Assembly: GCA_964016885.1 (NCBI GenBank)
Contig: OZ024741.1
Span: 357,368,001 to 357,432,000, forward strand
Reading direction: 5' to 3'
Source of the DNA: Eledone cirrhosa
Taxonomy: Eukaryota
Length of the DNA stretch: 64,000 nt
Shown here: positions 26,083 through 40,692 of the stretch, in pieces
Layout: each line of letters begins with the position of its first letter
Position numbering within the stretch: the first letter of the stretch is position 1
Position numbers and translations under genes: made by a program
The notes under the pieces: model-generated
Told to the model about the DNA's origin: nothing
Databases searched by the model: none
The model's input: only the letters and a program-made list of their open reading frames with translations

Positions 26083-28007
26083 AACTTAAAGGTTCTTTCA
26101 TAAATTTATGATAGAAAGTCTTTAAATAAATATAAATTCATTAAAATATGCAGTTTTGTTTTGTAGAACCAGGGTCAGTTTTAGGTGGTTTGCTATCAAA
26201 AGGATTAATACAACCTTTTGAGCCTTGGGAGCCTTTATAATGTCCATTCTGATGTCAGCATTCAAATAAAGTATTTGGTCTCAGGATGAGTTAATAACTT
26301 GATAACTTGCTTGCTGTTAGACTTTTCTTTGTAAAGTGTCATTGTTTTGATTTTAGAGGGTACAGGTGAAAGTTCTCCAGTAGAAGCCTGTAGCTATATG
26401 TGACAGGGCTCTGCCTCAGGATATGGCCTTTACAAGGGAAGCAGATTTCTTTCTTATTATTTATTTAATATCTTTTATGAGTGACAGTGTCTATGATCTT
26501 TGTATGCCTACACAAAGATTAATGAATACTAATGCATTAATGAACCTTTTTGTATGAACAGAGGTTTAGTGCAAGCATTTTGTTTTAAAATATTCTATAT
26601 AAGCATGATATTAATATATAAGAGATTTCAAATTCTATCCAACAACAACTTTACCTTTGATTCTTCTTGGGTCGATAAAATAAAGTACCAGTCAAACACT
26701 AGGGTTGATTTAATCAACTTCTCCAGAATTGCTGGTCTTGTACCATATATAGCCAAATCATTAAAGTATCAGACAAAATGTCTTGCAGTATTTAGTTAGG
26801 GCTCTTTATGTTCTGAGTTCAAATTCCACTATGATCAACTTTGTCATTCTTCTGAGGTTAATAAATAAAATAATGTATTAGTCTAGTATTGACATTGATT
26901 TACTTAATTTTCCCCTCTCTGCAAATTGTTGGTCTTCTGTCTAAATTAGAAACAATATAAACATTAAAATCTTGTTCTACTTTGGAGGGTTATGTTGTCA
27001 ATGTAAAACTAAGGTGAAACTCAACTGGAGTGTCTGTTTTTATTGGCAGCATGATCCTCCCAAAGTATTACAATATCTATTTCAACAGACTAGTATCACA
27101 TCAAGACTCTTGTAAAACAAATACAAAAACAGAGTATTAAAATGTAGTTTGCTATTCATGTTGTCTAAAACTGGATCCAAATACAATAAAACAACAGAAG
27201 AATGGGGTTAATTGTTTATTTTGGAAGAAAATAAAATCATACAAACATTTAAGGAGGCAATATTTAAGAAAAGCAAACAAAAGAAAAACAAAATAAACAC
27301 AAGTAAACAAACAGCTCAGAAATGCTTAACACCTTGGTTACTAAGACCAACATCAAGGATGACAACAGAGATATTGTCAATGAAATATATTCCCATAATA
27401 ATTTGTGAGAGCTGAAATGACTAGCAAAGTAAATGAGAATTCAGTTATAGAACTATTTATTGAGACATGCTCATTAAAATGTCCTCAATTTGCAAATTTA
27501 CTATAACAATATATTTTCCTATTTAGTTTTATTCATCTTTATATTGATTTAATTAAAAATACTCAGTCACTTCCAGAATCAGTTTGAATTATTATTTATT
27601 TTTAAATTTTGTTTGTTTTATTTTTTATTGATATATATTTTGTTGTAATTCATAATGGCCAGACTTGAGTTTTAAGGCCATCTTCTCTGATGAAGCAGAC
27701 TTAATTATACTCATAAGGTTCTTTTTAAGGCAAAATTTTACAGCTGTATGCTCTTCCTGGAACCAACCCTTTTATTTGCCTCTTATGACACAGATTTTTC
27801 CAAAAATTGGAAAGAAAATACTAAAACGATGGGGATGATGATAATACTACTGGTGATGGTGAATTAGATGATGATAACAATGATAACGATGATGATGATG
27901 AGGACGATGTTGATAATTGTGACAATGACAACAATTATGGTGATGATGGTAATAATGGTAATGATGATAATGTGCTGATAATGATGATGATGGTGATGAT
28001 GAGGATA

Positions 28008-28064
<57 letters not shown>

Positions 28065-31000
28065 GTGATGATGATGGTGATGATGATGGTGATGCTGCTG
28101 CTGATAGTGACGATGTTTACATTGGCAGCTTCATTAGTTGTAATGGCGGTGAACTGTATTTCTGTTCAACATTTTGGGTAGGCATTATGCAGAATAGATT
28201 TACCTTTGGTTCTGTTACATACTGACCCAGACTTTTCCATCACACAAATTGCCAAATTCTGTCTGTAAAGAAAAAAAAGATCATGGTTGCTATTAAAAGC
28301 TCTCTGCTTAACTAAATCAATAATTATTTGAATGAAGTGACAATAAAAATCAATATGTTGATTTATGTTAGGTTGCCAAATCTCTTGCTTAACAGTTCCA
28401 AAATTTGCCAGTGGCTCCGTGATATGCCACCCTGACCATTTTTCTCTAAGTTACCAATTTTTTGTATTTTTTTATGGAATATAATTACTAGATTTTGAAA
28501 AGAATATTGGTGGTCTGTGTTGGCAGGCAGAAATCTCTAGAGTAAAAGTTAAAAGTTTATAAATGACATATTCCATTTAATATCAACCCACCCAAAATCG
28601 TATCTGGTTTTATGAAACAAAACTATCCATTTTAAAGGGTTCCTATTAAAATTAAAATCTTCCAGTGCGATTTGATATAATAACTTTGTGTTAAATTATT
28701 TTACAATGAGGCAATTGTCAGGTTGGACCAAGGACACTACTACCACACCATTAGTCTTTCGATTGCTGATGATATCTGTCAGTCATACCTCCTGACAGAA
28801 GCATCACCACATTTCCAGAGACAGGAAGTTGGATTTATTCAGAATGCATGAAGCATCCTATTTTATGTTTTAACAATTCTGCTAATCCACTATTCCTGGA
28901 CTATTACTTTACTTTATCAATCCCGAGAAAGGATGAATGGTAAAGTTGACCATGACAGAATTTGAACAAATACTGCATTTAATTCCCCACTGTAACAACT
29001 GTGTCAAATACCATCTAATAATACTGTTCAACATTGGTAAAGGCCTGCAATTTAGAGGAAAGGAAAGTTCGATTATATTGACCTAGTACTTTATTTTATT
29101 GACCTCAGAAGGATTAAAGGTAAAGTTGACCTTAGCTAGATTTAAATTCCAAATGTAGAAAGTCATAATGAAATATCCCAAAGCATCTTGTCAGACTGAT
29201 ACTGCCAATCCACTGCCATATACTATCTTAATAATGATATAGTTAATACTTTTAGTAAATCCCCACATATTCTTCATTGATTAAATAAAATATTGAGTAT
29301 TATATAAGAAATATCGTCAGTAAAGGGAAGGGCCTCCAAGAGAAATTTTGCAAGGTAGTACAAGACTCCTTTGGGGCCCGAAGCAAGCAAAGATTTTTCT
29401 CAAAATGGATGTTGCAAGGCTGCTGTGGGGCCTTCTTAGCTCTTGGGCCACTGAACAAAGTACCGACTGGACCACCTTCTCATGGGTCCTGGTAAACAGT
29501 ACCACACAGATAAATAACAAGGAGTCCATCACTGGAGAATGAAATGTTGGACAAAATGCTTTGCAGCATTTGGTTACGGCCCTTTACATCTAAGTTCAAA
29601 TCCCACGGTGGTTAGCTTTGCTTTTCATCCTTACAGGTATCGATAGAATAAAGCACCAGTAATGCACTGGCAATGATTTAATCAACTTTTCCCCTTCCCT
29701 TCAAATTGTTGGCCTTGTGCCTAAATTAGAAATCAAGTTCTGAGTTCAAATCTTGGCAATGTCAACTTTGTTTTTTAATCTTCAGAGAACAATAAAATAA
29801 AGGACCAATCAAAGAGTGGGGGTCAGTATAATTGATTCTACTTTCCCCTAAATTGCTGGCCTTGTGCCAAAATTAAAAATTATTATTATTAGTATTGTTA
29901 TTGTTATTGAGTTACATTAGTTCTGCTTCAACTGATGTAAGAAATGCAAGGTAGCTGACCAAAGGCTTTCAACGTATGCTACAATATGTGGCATATTTGT
30001 TTGCGTTAGTCTTCATTATATTATTGATGTTTACAGAAGACTCGCTCTCCCAATGTACATTAAAAGTAAGTGATTTCACTCACTCACCCCCCCCCCCTCT
30101 CTTCTCCACACTTTGTAATGATTTTATGCCCACATATTGGGATAAGTTAAGAAAAGTAATATTGATTTCTAATTTAAGCTCAAGGCCAGCAAACTTTGGG
30201 GGAAGGACTAAGCTGATTAAATCAACCTTAGTACTTGATTGGTACTTTATATTATTGACCAGGAATTTAATTCCGAATGTAAAGAGCTAGGACAATGGCA
30301 TCTGCCTCAGTGTGTGTGCGTGTGTCTATGAAACATATACATATACACCAGGTCCGAACACAAAAGAACCAAACTCCCACTGTCACTGCCTCCATCTCTC
30401 CCGCTCTCACTATTATGAGCAAACAGGGCCCCACACTCTGGCTGCTTTGTGGCCCCAGCAGACAGTATAGAGAAGGCGTTTTCCCAGAGGATGATGAGGG
30501 AGACATGCTGGAAGAGCTATTCCAGCATAAAAGGAGTTTAAAGCTCAATTTGGTGAGAAGAGACCATCAGTTTTCACCCAGTTCCAGGTCATTTGGAATC
30601 GTATTTTGTAAACCAATATTTTCTTTGTGTTAAATATATTATTTCTGACACTAAGATTTATGTGTCTTAAATACAAAGAATTAAGCTCTATCAAGGTATT
30701 TATAATTTGGTTCCCCACACATTTACATCACATATAAACATTCATTCATCACTTTAACTTACTGTCTTCATAACTAATATTGCATAGAACATTTATATTA
30801 GGTTTTCTCTATGTAGTTATATTATGTTAATCTTATGGGAGGGGGGGGGGGGTATTATTTCATGCAGTTCTTCATTTTGTTATTGATGAACCCTGTTTTG
30901 GTTTGCTTAATAGTTTCTATCTGTTTCGTGTATCCCTAATTTCACTACCAATCTTTTACTTTCATAGTTGAGGGTAGCATATGGGTAAAGTCTTTAAAGA

Positions 31001-31162
31001 ATGTTAGATGAAATAAGTTTTTGCCCAGCTCTCTGTTTTCTGAGTTCATATCTCACTGGGGTCAGTTTACTTTTCATTCTTCCAGAGTCAATAAATAAAA
31101 TACCAGTCGAAGTTGGTGGAGCATCAAACATGGTGCCATGTGGTAGCTATTGTGACCCTTTT

Positions 31163-32357
31163 CATCATCATCATCATCACCGTTTTACGTCCGTTCTTCC
31201 ACGCTAGCATGGGTTAGACGGGTTGTCCTTTTGTGGGCAGTGTCTGGTCGGCTGACCATGCCTTGCTCATACAGGAACTGATCTGGCTTGATTTCTACAG
31301 CTGGATGCCCTTCCTAACACCAACCTCATTTACAGTGAGTGCTGGGTGCTTTTTCGTGGCGCCTACACGTCCACTTTACAGTGTGGGCTGGGTGCTTTTT
31401 TGCCGTGGCACCTCCACGACCACCTTGCGGTGGGGGGAGTGGGGGCATATTGTTTATATGCTTCAGCATGTACCCATGGGAGGTCGGGTACCCTGTATTA
31501 CTGCGTGACGCCAGAAGTCACGGTCGTGTGTCATTGTCTTTGAGAGGTGTAGTTGGGTAAGGTCGGCTTTTATCACCTCATCCCAAGTCATCTTGGGTCT
31601 CCCCACTCCGCGGTTTCCATCAACTTCTAGTGCTCTGCACCTTTTTATGCAGCTGTCATCCTTCATACGCATCACATGTCCATACCAGCGTAACCGCCTC
31701 TCCTGCACGCAGCATTTGATTCCTCTTATGCTCAGTCTCTCTCTCAATTCCTTTATGCTTTGTCGTTCACGTATATTACTGTTACACATCCATCGGAGCA
31801 TGCAGGCTTCGTTTCTCTCTAATCTACGTAAGTCTTCCACCTTCAGCGCCCAGGTCTCACTACCATGCAACATCGCTGTTCGGATACACGCATCATACAG
31901 TCTGCCTTTCATTCTGAGGGAGAAGCCTTTTGCAGCTAGCAGTGGTAGTAGTTCCCTAAACTTCTTCCATCCCGTTCTTACCCTAGTTATTGTACTTTCT
32001 GAGCACCCACCTACGTTGCTAATTCGGTCACCTAGGTAGCAGAAGCTGTCTACTGTTTCTACAGGGCCCTCCCAGAGATTGGTGGTACTTGTTTCCTGTG
32101 GCTGTTTGCTTGCTGTTTCAGCACAGCTGCTGCATGTGAATCCTACATTCTTAATTAAGCTTCCTGAGATCCCGCTACATCTCTTGTGTACCCATTGTTT
32201 GCATTTGGGGCAGAGAATGGAGTTCCTACCTACACCTTTCCTACATACTGAGCAAGGCCATTTCCCTGAGGGGATCTGGGTTCTGTTTTCTCGTCTACTT
32301 ACAAGGAACTTAGTCTTTGTCATGTTGACTTTGAGACCCTTTCTCTCTAGTCCCTGC
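31163..32357 (-). mobile_element. 5'-truncated young RTE LINE copy
   Basis: Near-identical to 47473-48671; open frame QGLERKGLKVN...HGSETW...WYGHVMRM; (ATG)n tail; possible TSD cctttt. Confidence 0.92.
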
Positions 32358-33679
32358 CTTTTGTATTCTGAATTTGTCTGTGACATTACTGGTGCCAAGC
32401 TGTATCAACCCTTGGGTGACATAAGTGGCATGAAGAGGGAGACTTGCTTGTATGTCTTGCTGCTAGTCTTCCACAAAAAAAACCTTGCCTAAATATACAC
32501 TTTAGAGAGGAAGTTTCTAAGCGCAGATTCATGGTCTCACAAGACATAAAGCTTCTAAATATTTATAGTCATTGTATCTTTTCTTTTAGATAAGAGTTAC
32601 GACTTAACCCTTTTGACACTAACCCATCTTCTTAAACCTTTGCTACCATGAAGAGAATCAGCAGTACTGTAGTTACCACAATAACTTTACTACTACAACT
32701 GCCCCCACCATCCTTAACACTTCCACTACTAACAACATCACAACCACTCATGCTTCTACACCTCAACATTGTTTATTTCAACCCTTTAGCATTTACATTA
32801 CTCTATATTTACTATTGTATTTTCACAGTAAACACTTTATCTCATATAATATCGAATCTATGATATTTTGATATTATTTATTTTGAGAACAATACCTTAA
32901 CATCAGTATGAGAGGCCAGATATGGCTGGTTTGAACAGAAAGAGGTGAGAGAATTCTGGCTGGATACGGCCGGTTTAAATGCTAAAGGGTTAAAGTGTTT
33001 ATATTTGATTAAAATCCTTCGATCATAATTTTATGTAAGAACCTTTGTTAAGTTATATTTCAAACATCAACTTAATAATGAGAAAGTTAGTTATATTACT
33101 AAATTCCTTGGAATTTTTGATTATTTTCAAAGTTATTTGAAGATCCTCAATTATGTCTTTCATCAGAAATATAGTAATAAAAGGGTTCAAGCATGTTCCA
33201 AATTTAAAGATAGTAAGGAGTTTGAACAGATGAAGCAACTATATAGAGTCTTATTTATTTGCTTTTCATACTTCATTAATTCTTTTATTACCATATGAAT
33301 AACACTTCCCCACTACTTGGTAATGGTGCACCCTCAGATTTAGAAACATTTACAGTGGTATGTTTATTCTAAACCTTGGAATTATTCTGAATTAGAGTTC
33401 CCACCCACAATATTTTAAAGCTCCCATCCCTATCCCATTCCATCCCAAGCACCAAAACCTGGTGATAGACCTTTAATAGCACCAGCCATGAGTGGTAGTA
33501 ATGATAGCAGTGAAGTTGGCTGTGATGTTGTTAGTAGTGGGAGTGTTAAGGATGGTGGGGGCAGGTGTAGTAGTAAAGTTATTGTGGTAACTACAGTACT
33601 GCTGATTCTCTTCATGGTAGCAAAGGAAGTTTGTCTGCTTGATATTTCTTACTATTTTCTAAGATTATTATTATTATTC

Positions 33680-34410
33680 AGCGGATTTGCAGTATCGGTA
33701 GAGGGTCGGACATCATGCTTCATAGCATAGAGTTACGGCCCTTTATGTTCTGAGTTCAAATCCCTCTGAGGTTAGCTTTGCCTTTCATCCTTACGGGGTT
33801 GATAAAATAAAGTACCAGTCACATACCGGGATCGATTTAATCGACTATCCAATCTCCCCAAATTGCTGGCCTTGTGCCTAAAGTAGAAATCATTATTATT
33901 ATTATTTGTATAGGCTGTTGGGCGGTGGATTGGCAGTATCGTTAGAGCGTCAGCCATTATGCTTTGTGGCATAGAGTTACGGCCCTTTACAGTCTGAGTT
34001 CAAATCCCGCTGAGGTTAGCTTTGTCTTTCATCCTTAAAGTGTCGATAAAACAAAGTACCACTACGGTTGATTTAGTCGATTTTTCCCTTCCTCCAAATT
34101 GCTGACCTTATGCCTATAGTAGAAATCATTATTAGTTTTATTTTTATTGCATGTTATCAATGCATTATTATTATTATTGGAATTGGCTGTTGGGCGGTGG
34201 ATTAGCAGAATCAGTAGCGTGTCGGACACCATGCTTCATAGCATAGAGTTACGGCCCTTTTCGTTCTAAATTCAAATCAAGTCAAGGCTAGCTTTGCCTT
34301 TCATCTTTACAGGGTTGATAAACAAAGCACCAGTCATGCACTGTGTCGATTTAATCGATGTTCCCCTCCCCTTCAAATTGCTGGTCTTGTGCCTAAAGTA
34401 GAAACAATTA
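33680..34410 (+). mobile_element. Three head-to-tail Meta-domain SINEs
   Basis: Heads at ~33680, 33920 and 34192, each with gttcaaatc and ctttcatcctt, separated by (ATT)n. Confidence 0.8.
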
Positions 34411-35059
34411 TTATTTTTATTATCATTAACTGAGTCCACTGGGAAGACGCCCCATCGCCTTCCTTTAGAGGGGAAAGACAGGCAGTTTTTATCTGCTGGG
34501 TGGCCATGGCAAAAGAGGTCATGTGGTGGACTTGTTTGAAAGGGTTGAAGATTGCCACTTTCCTCTTCAGGAAAGCAGTAATTAACTTTTTCCGGTTTCA
34601 CTTGAAGAGGAAAATCAGGATGAAGAAGGAAGTGCTGCCTTCCAACCAATTTGTTGAAAGGTAGGTGAGACTAATGAGCATGGTCTGTGTGAATGGGCCT
34701 GTCTTGAGCATACGCCTGTAGATAAGGTAGAAAAACTGGGAGAGGGTATTTTGCCCTAGCAAACAGGGTGACTGTGCCTTTTGTGGGAATTCTATACAAG
34801 TAACCCTTATAGTCTCCTCACCTTTCGGGAAGATGTTATGTTTGTGTTTTTATGTTTATTTTCTTAGTCTCTGTTGTAAATTTTATTTTACACAAAAACC
34901 CCACACTGTATCGTTCTGTACCATCTTTAATGTTTCCTTAATGTAAGCCCTGTGGCTAATAAAGGAACCATTATTACTATTGGTAGGATTTGAACTAAAA
35001 ATGAAAAGTTATGACCCTTTATGTTCTGAGTTCATTTTCTCCCTTATCAGCATTTTGAT

Positions 35060-35735
35060 TGGCTAATTCTTCTTCAGTTGATTCATTTTCATTATGATTT
35101 CTATGCTTCCTATTTTCCACATTCCCCCCATCTAAGTTACCTTCAGCATTAACATAAATTCTTTGAACTTCAACTTCCAGGGCTTCTAATTCAACCTTCG
35201 TGAGCCAATTACTCTGTCTTATTTTCCTTGTCTGTCCAATCAAATTGTTCACACTGATTTCAAACATTCCAAACTTTTTCCAATACTGAAACATCCATTC
35301 ACCTACACAGTATGCTCCTCTTTCTTTTGCAAGAATATGTCACATGATTGTGATGTTATTATTTTCTTTGCTCCATTTCCTTCTGCCTTTGGGTTCATTG
35401 CATTGTTTTACTGTTCTGCAGTTATAAATCTGTGGTTTACTTTATGGTACAGCTGCATGATAAGGACCTGTAGACATTTATACCTTCTGAGGTGAGCTGT
35501 TAACAGCTCCACTCCCATCACACGTGCCCTGCCCTATGGCTTCACCTCCGGTTGCTTCCAAGAGACTCCCATCAAACGTTCCACCTCGATAGCAGTTTGA
35601 ATTCATATTTCTTCTCTTCATCATTTTCATGAGATTTACATTTATGAGGTTGTGCAACTACTAGTGATTTGATTGCATACACCATCACTATAAACATTAC
35701 CAACCAAGGCTAAAGACCCTTTCCTGGCTTTTTGA
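35060..35735 (-). mobile_element. R4/Dong-clade LINE 5' fragment
   Basis: MFQYWKKFGMFEISVNNLIGQTRKIRQSNWLTKVELEAL resembles the R4/Dong N-terminal block. Confidence 0.55.
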
Positions 35736-36479
35736 CTGTTGTTGTTATCGATGTTTCCACTGTTGCTGCTGCCTCTTCCAGCTATCACTGAGGCAGTGAC
35801 TATACTGGAACTGGTAACGTTACTGGGTTACGGGGTTGAAAAGGGGGTTATTTGAAAGTGTTACTTTTTTTAAAATGTTTCTGTGGTAGTGGTGTAGGTG
35901 CCATGGCAACTATTTGTCATTGTTTTTTGTTTTGTTTTGTTGCTGTATGATTGATACTGTTTATTTGCCCTGGTGCAGGTCAATGGGTCTGGTCTATAAA
36001 TACACTGGTGCTGGCTTTTCCTTTCAAATTATTGTTGTTCTAATTTTTGTCTTTGCCATAGAAAAAGAGATTGGCACATTGTCGGTATCGTTATTATCGA
36101 ACCACTCCGGGTCACATGCTTGGTACATCAAGGGTGCACTCCTTCCTTCTGTATGTACAGACTCTCAAGCCATCACTGCAGGAGCTGGAGCAGTTGTAGG
36201 GCAACCCATTCAAGCTGGGGCATGGAAGGGCTGTTATTATTATTATTTGATTTACCTCCCTTTATGGTCTGAGTTCAAATCCCACTGAGGTCAACTTTGC
36301 CTTTGATCCTTACGGGGTCGATAAAATAAAGAACCAGTAATGCACTGGGGTAATTGCTGGCCTTGTGCCAAAAGTAGAAACAATTATTATTTGATGAGAA
36401 TCATTATTATTATTATTTCACTCTCTATCACCACCAACTTCGATGTTGCTTTGAGCTGGTTATTTTAGGGAATACCAGA

Positions 36480-36815
36480 TTACAAGTAGTAACCTCAGGT
36501 AACTCCAACTTTTTCATATCATTCCTTGTCTTTTCACTGTTGTTGGTAGTCTAGAACCTTTCCCAGTATTTGGGCTGTTCCCAGTATTATGTCTTCTAGA
36601 GTGGTTCAGTCCCTGGTGCAACGTCTATTTTCGACAGGTAGTTTTCAAGATTCTTTGTCACCATCCTAAGAACATCAATTATCACTGGGACAGTGGTGAC
36701 TGTCTTCACTTCATCACTCCAGCATTTCAAGATCTCATATTTTAAGTCAGTATAAGCCCTACTTTTTACTTCTCTTTTCATTCAATTCTGGTGTCGAAAG
36801 GATACAATTACACAT
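36480..36815 (-). mobile_element. R4/Dong-clade LINE 3' fragment (RLE C-terminus)
   Basis: KSRAYTDLKYEILKCW...VTTVPVIIDVLRMVTKNL...LGTAQILGKVL. Confidence 0.7.
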
Positions 36816-37843
36816 TCATGTAAACATACCACGACCTTGACATTCTTGCCATCTCTGAGTGAAAGATTTAATTCCTAGTCTGATCCTAGTATTGATCCCT
36901 GTCTTTAAGCTGCCGAAAGGTTAATACATACTCTTGGGACTAAGAAAAATCCTCAGATAATATGTGTTCAAGTATATTCAGTAAATGATAGTGGAGAAAA
37001 AGATTATTTGAAGTCTGTCTCTCCTTTTACCAATTCTTAACTCATTTGATATCAAGCTCTTGATTCTATGAAACAAAACTGCTTGTTCTAAAGTGTTTAT
37101 ATTTATCTAAAAACCTTTCCTAATAATTTTTTGTAAGAATTTTTAAATTATGCTCCAAACACCAGTTTAATCAAGAGAAATCCAGTTATATTTACTAAAT
37201 CACTCCAAATTCTTGAATTTCTTTCAAAATTATTTCGAAATCATAAGCAGTGTCTTTTACTGGAAATATGGGAAATAATTGTTTCTACTATTGGCACAAG
37301 GCCAGCAATTACCCAGTACATTACTGGGAAATAATAAGAGATAGAAGAAGAGCAAATAGTAATACAAGAGGAGGGAGTATAATCAAATGTAAAAAATAAC
37401 CTTTTTTTTCCTAAGTTTGACAATCAACTGCACTCTCATTTAAAAGTTAGTTCGCCTCATGGTCCCAACAGACAGAATGGAGAAGACATTGTTCTGGAGA
37501 ATGGTGAGGAAGATGCACTGGAACAGCCACTCCAACTCATGGGGCTCACTTTTGTGGGTAGCCAACTTTGCCCCAACAACAGAGAGTAGGGTTGTGGTGG
37601 TGGTGGATGGGGTGGGTAGGGGTGGGGGGAGAATGCTGGAAGTTTCTATTACCACAGGCTTGACCACAAACCTATTGGAGAATGACCGATACTTCAAAAG
37701 TTTGCCCTTTTCAGCCTAACAAATGGCAGAGCCTGGGCTTGTCGCCAAGTGCACCAGGTTGCTGCCGGAGAAGGTTTCACAACATGTAGCATCCCAGCTG
37801 AGGGGCAAATAATTTTGGTATCAGAATATACTACTCGAATATA

Positions 37844-37942
37844 CAGGGTGTCCCTGAAAAATGTATACGCACTTTGATTACCTGTACAGGCAATATTTAT
37901 TGAATGTTGTTGAAGTGTGTATATATTTTTGGGGACACCCTG
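37844..37942. mobile_element. 99-bp Tc1/mariner MITE
   Basis: ta-cagggtgtccctgaaaaatgtatacgcactt / aagtgtgtatatatttttggggacaccctg-ta. Confidence 0.85.
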
Positions 37943-39335
37943 TATATTAACAGTAGTACATTCTGATGCCAGAATTCTTGTTTGTTTTAAAGTTTTTATC
38001 ATCATCTTTTTTATGCCAACTTTTCCATGGGTTGGACGGAGCTTTTTGAGGCAATATTTTACAGCTGAATACCATTCTTGACACCAACTCTTTTAGTCAC
38101 TTCTTACAACACATAAAGATATTGTGAACCTATTCTAAAATAAATACATATGGCCTGTTTATATTTATCCAGAATCCTTCCATCATAATTTTATGCTCCA
38201 AACGCCAACTTAATTGTGAGAAAGTTGGTTGTATCACTAAATCCCTCCAAATTCTAAAATAAAAGAAATATATTTGAAAATCCTTGAAGTTCTCAGTTAA
38301 TATATATTCCAGTAGTACATTCAGTAGATGATAGTGGAAGAGAAAATATTTGATATCTGTCCATCCCTCCTTTCACCAATACTTCAGGATTACAAGACAT
38401 GTGGCAGATGTGACGACAAGGCTGCTTACATGCAGACTTCTGTGAAATGTTTTTCTTGTTAATCAGAGTAACCCTTCTGATAGGCTTACTATGGATGTGA
38501 AGTCGTTTGCTCCCATAAAGATAAGATGCCTTTCTTACATTTACCCATCCCACATACACATGCCCGCCCCACCATTCACACACACAAATACATAGAGTCA
38601 TGCATACATACACACACATACACACATACTCACATACAAACATGCCCCCCACCCTACACACAGACAGCCATGCGTACATACCTCAATATGTGTATAAAGA
38701 TATGTGCATATATATATATATATGCTAACGCATGGAATTCTTTAATACATATATATGAATATATATATACTGTATACTGTATGTATATATTTAAATAAAT
38801 ACATATATATATATTGCATATGCATAATTATATATTTTATATATATATGATGGCTGCCCCCTCGTTATCGAGTATGGCCATTGCACGATATACCATTATT
38901 AATAATTATTAATTAATTCTATCGTGCAATGCCTGTGTGTGAAGATATTTTTTAAAGTGAGGAAAGACTGTGCACTGAGCCAATCCCACTCTCTGAGCGA
39001 CAGTAGCCATAACCCGAAAAGAAGAAAAGATCAACATCATCAGTAACTACTGAGTCGCAGGTTTTAAATCGGAGTTATCCCAGTTTCCTGAGTTGCCTTC
39101 TCCTAGAAGAATGCCCTGACAAAGGCTAGGGGTCCTTCACTCCCACTGGTTTAACCACGCGATCGGGTGTCCAGCCCGACTATTTCTATGTATATATATA
39201 TATATATATATACATATTTACTACATATATATAAACATATATATGTATGTATGAATATATTATATATATGTATGTATGTATATAGGAGATCACGGCAAAA
39301 TATTTTCTTCCTAAATATATACATGTAAATATATA

Positions 39336-39533
39336 CAGTTTGGAGTGCTGAGACCAAGGAGACCACTAATCATGGGAGTACTCAATCCATGGGGAGATGC
39401 AGAGTGGGTATAGAGATAAGTAAAATCTCGACAGTTGCCCCAATCGATTTTGGCTTGAGTATTCAGAAAGCCTTTTGAAAAGGCTTGCTGAGAACACACA
39501 AGCCAAAATTATTTTGGATTTTACCTATCTTTA
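39336..39533 (-). mobile_element. Fold-back PLE-type pLTR element
   Basis: Hairpin 39411-39533 centred on ccttttgaaaagg; minus-strand tail tacccactct...ccccatggattgagtactc matches the 12505-12538 and 46615-46635 modules. Confidence 0.65.
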
Positions 39534-39973
39534 TGTGTAAATATATTTATCATCATCATCATCACCGTTTAACGTCCATTTTTCCATGCTTGCATGGGTT
39601 TGACGGGTCATCCACGCCTGGAGGCAAGTGTGGCCAGTATTGGCCACAGCACACCTTTCTCCGATGAAGACTGTAAATTTAGCTGGATATTTTACAGCTA
39701 GATGCCCTTCTGAACACCAGCCACATTTACAGTATGGAGCTGGATGGCTCCGTTACAAGGAGGGACAGGCCAGTTGGCCGTGCTGAACCTGTCTTACATT
39801 GGAACCATAGTTTTGGAGCCCAGTACGGGATGGCACTAATACGAGGAGCCTAACCCATCTCAAAGTGTAGCCATAGTTTTGGGGCCTGGTACTGGATGGT
39901 ACCACTATGAGGAGGGGCAGGCCAATCAGCTGCACCGTGTGTGTGTGTATATATATATATATATGTGTGTGTG

Positions 39974-40028
<55 letters not shown>

Positions 40029-40274
40029 TTATATATATATATATGTGTGTGTGTGCGGGTGTATATATATATATATATATATATTTATATGTATATGTGT
40101 GTGTGTGTGCACATACACACAAACATATATATTAAAGAATTTCATTTATTTATTATTTATTTCATTTTTATCTTTTGTGTATTTAAATAAGAATAAAAAA
40201 AAATAAGGTAAGATAAAGCTGTTTCTTCAAGCCAGACAATCTAGAACTTTCTTCTGGTTGACTCCTGTAGTCAG

Positions 40275-40586
40275 GAGTGTGTGTGTGTGTGTGGGGGGGG
40301 GGTATGTGAGTGTGAGTATGTGAGTGTGTGTGTGTATAAGTGTGTATATATATCTGCGTGTGTATGTATCAGAAGGTGCATGCATTTGTGTATGTGCATC
40401 TGTGATGTGTGTATGCCTGTTTGTGTGTAGCTGTATACATGTGTCTGTGTATGCATGCTGATGTGTGTGTCTGTGTATGTGTGCTGGTGTGAGTGTGTGT
40501 GTGTGTGTTTGTGTCAGTGGGTGCATATCTGTCTGTGTATGTCTGTTTGTGTGTGTGTTTGCATTTGTGTGAGTTGTGACTGTGTG

Positions 40587-40639
<53 letters not shown>

Positions 40640-40656
40640 TTCCCTCTCTCTCTCCC

Positions 40657-40692
<36 letters not shown>

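Noticed and set aside
31593-32492. Plus-strand ORFs of 137-148 aa, also at 47904-50456
   Set aside because: Antisense shadows of the RTE ORF
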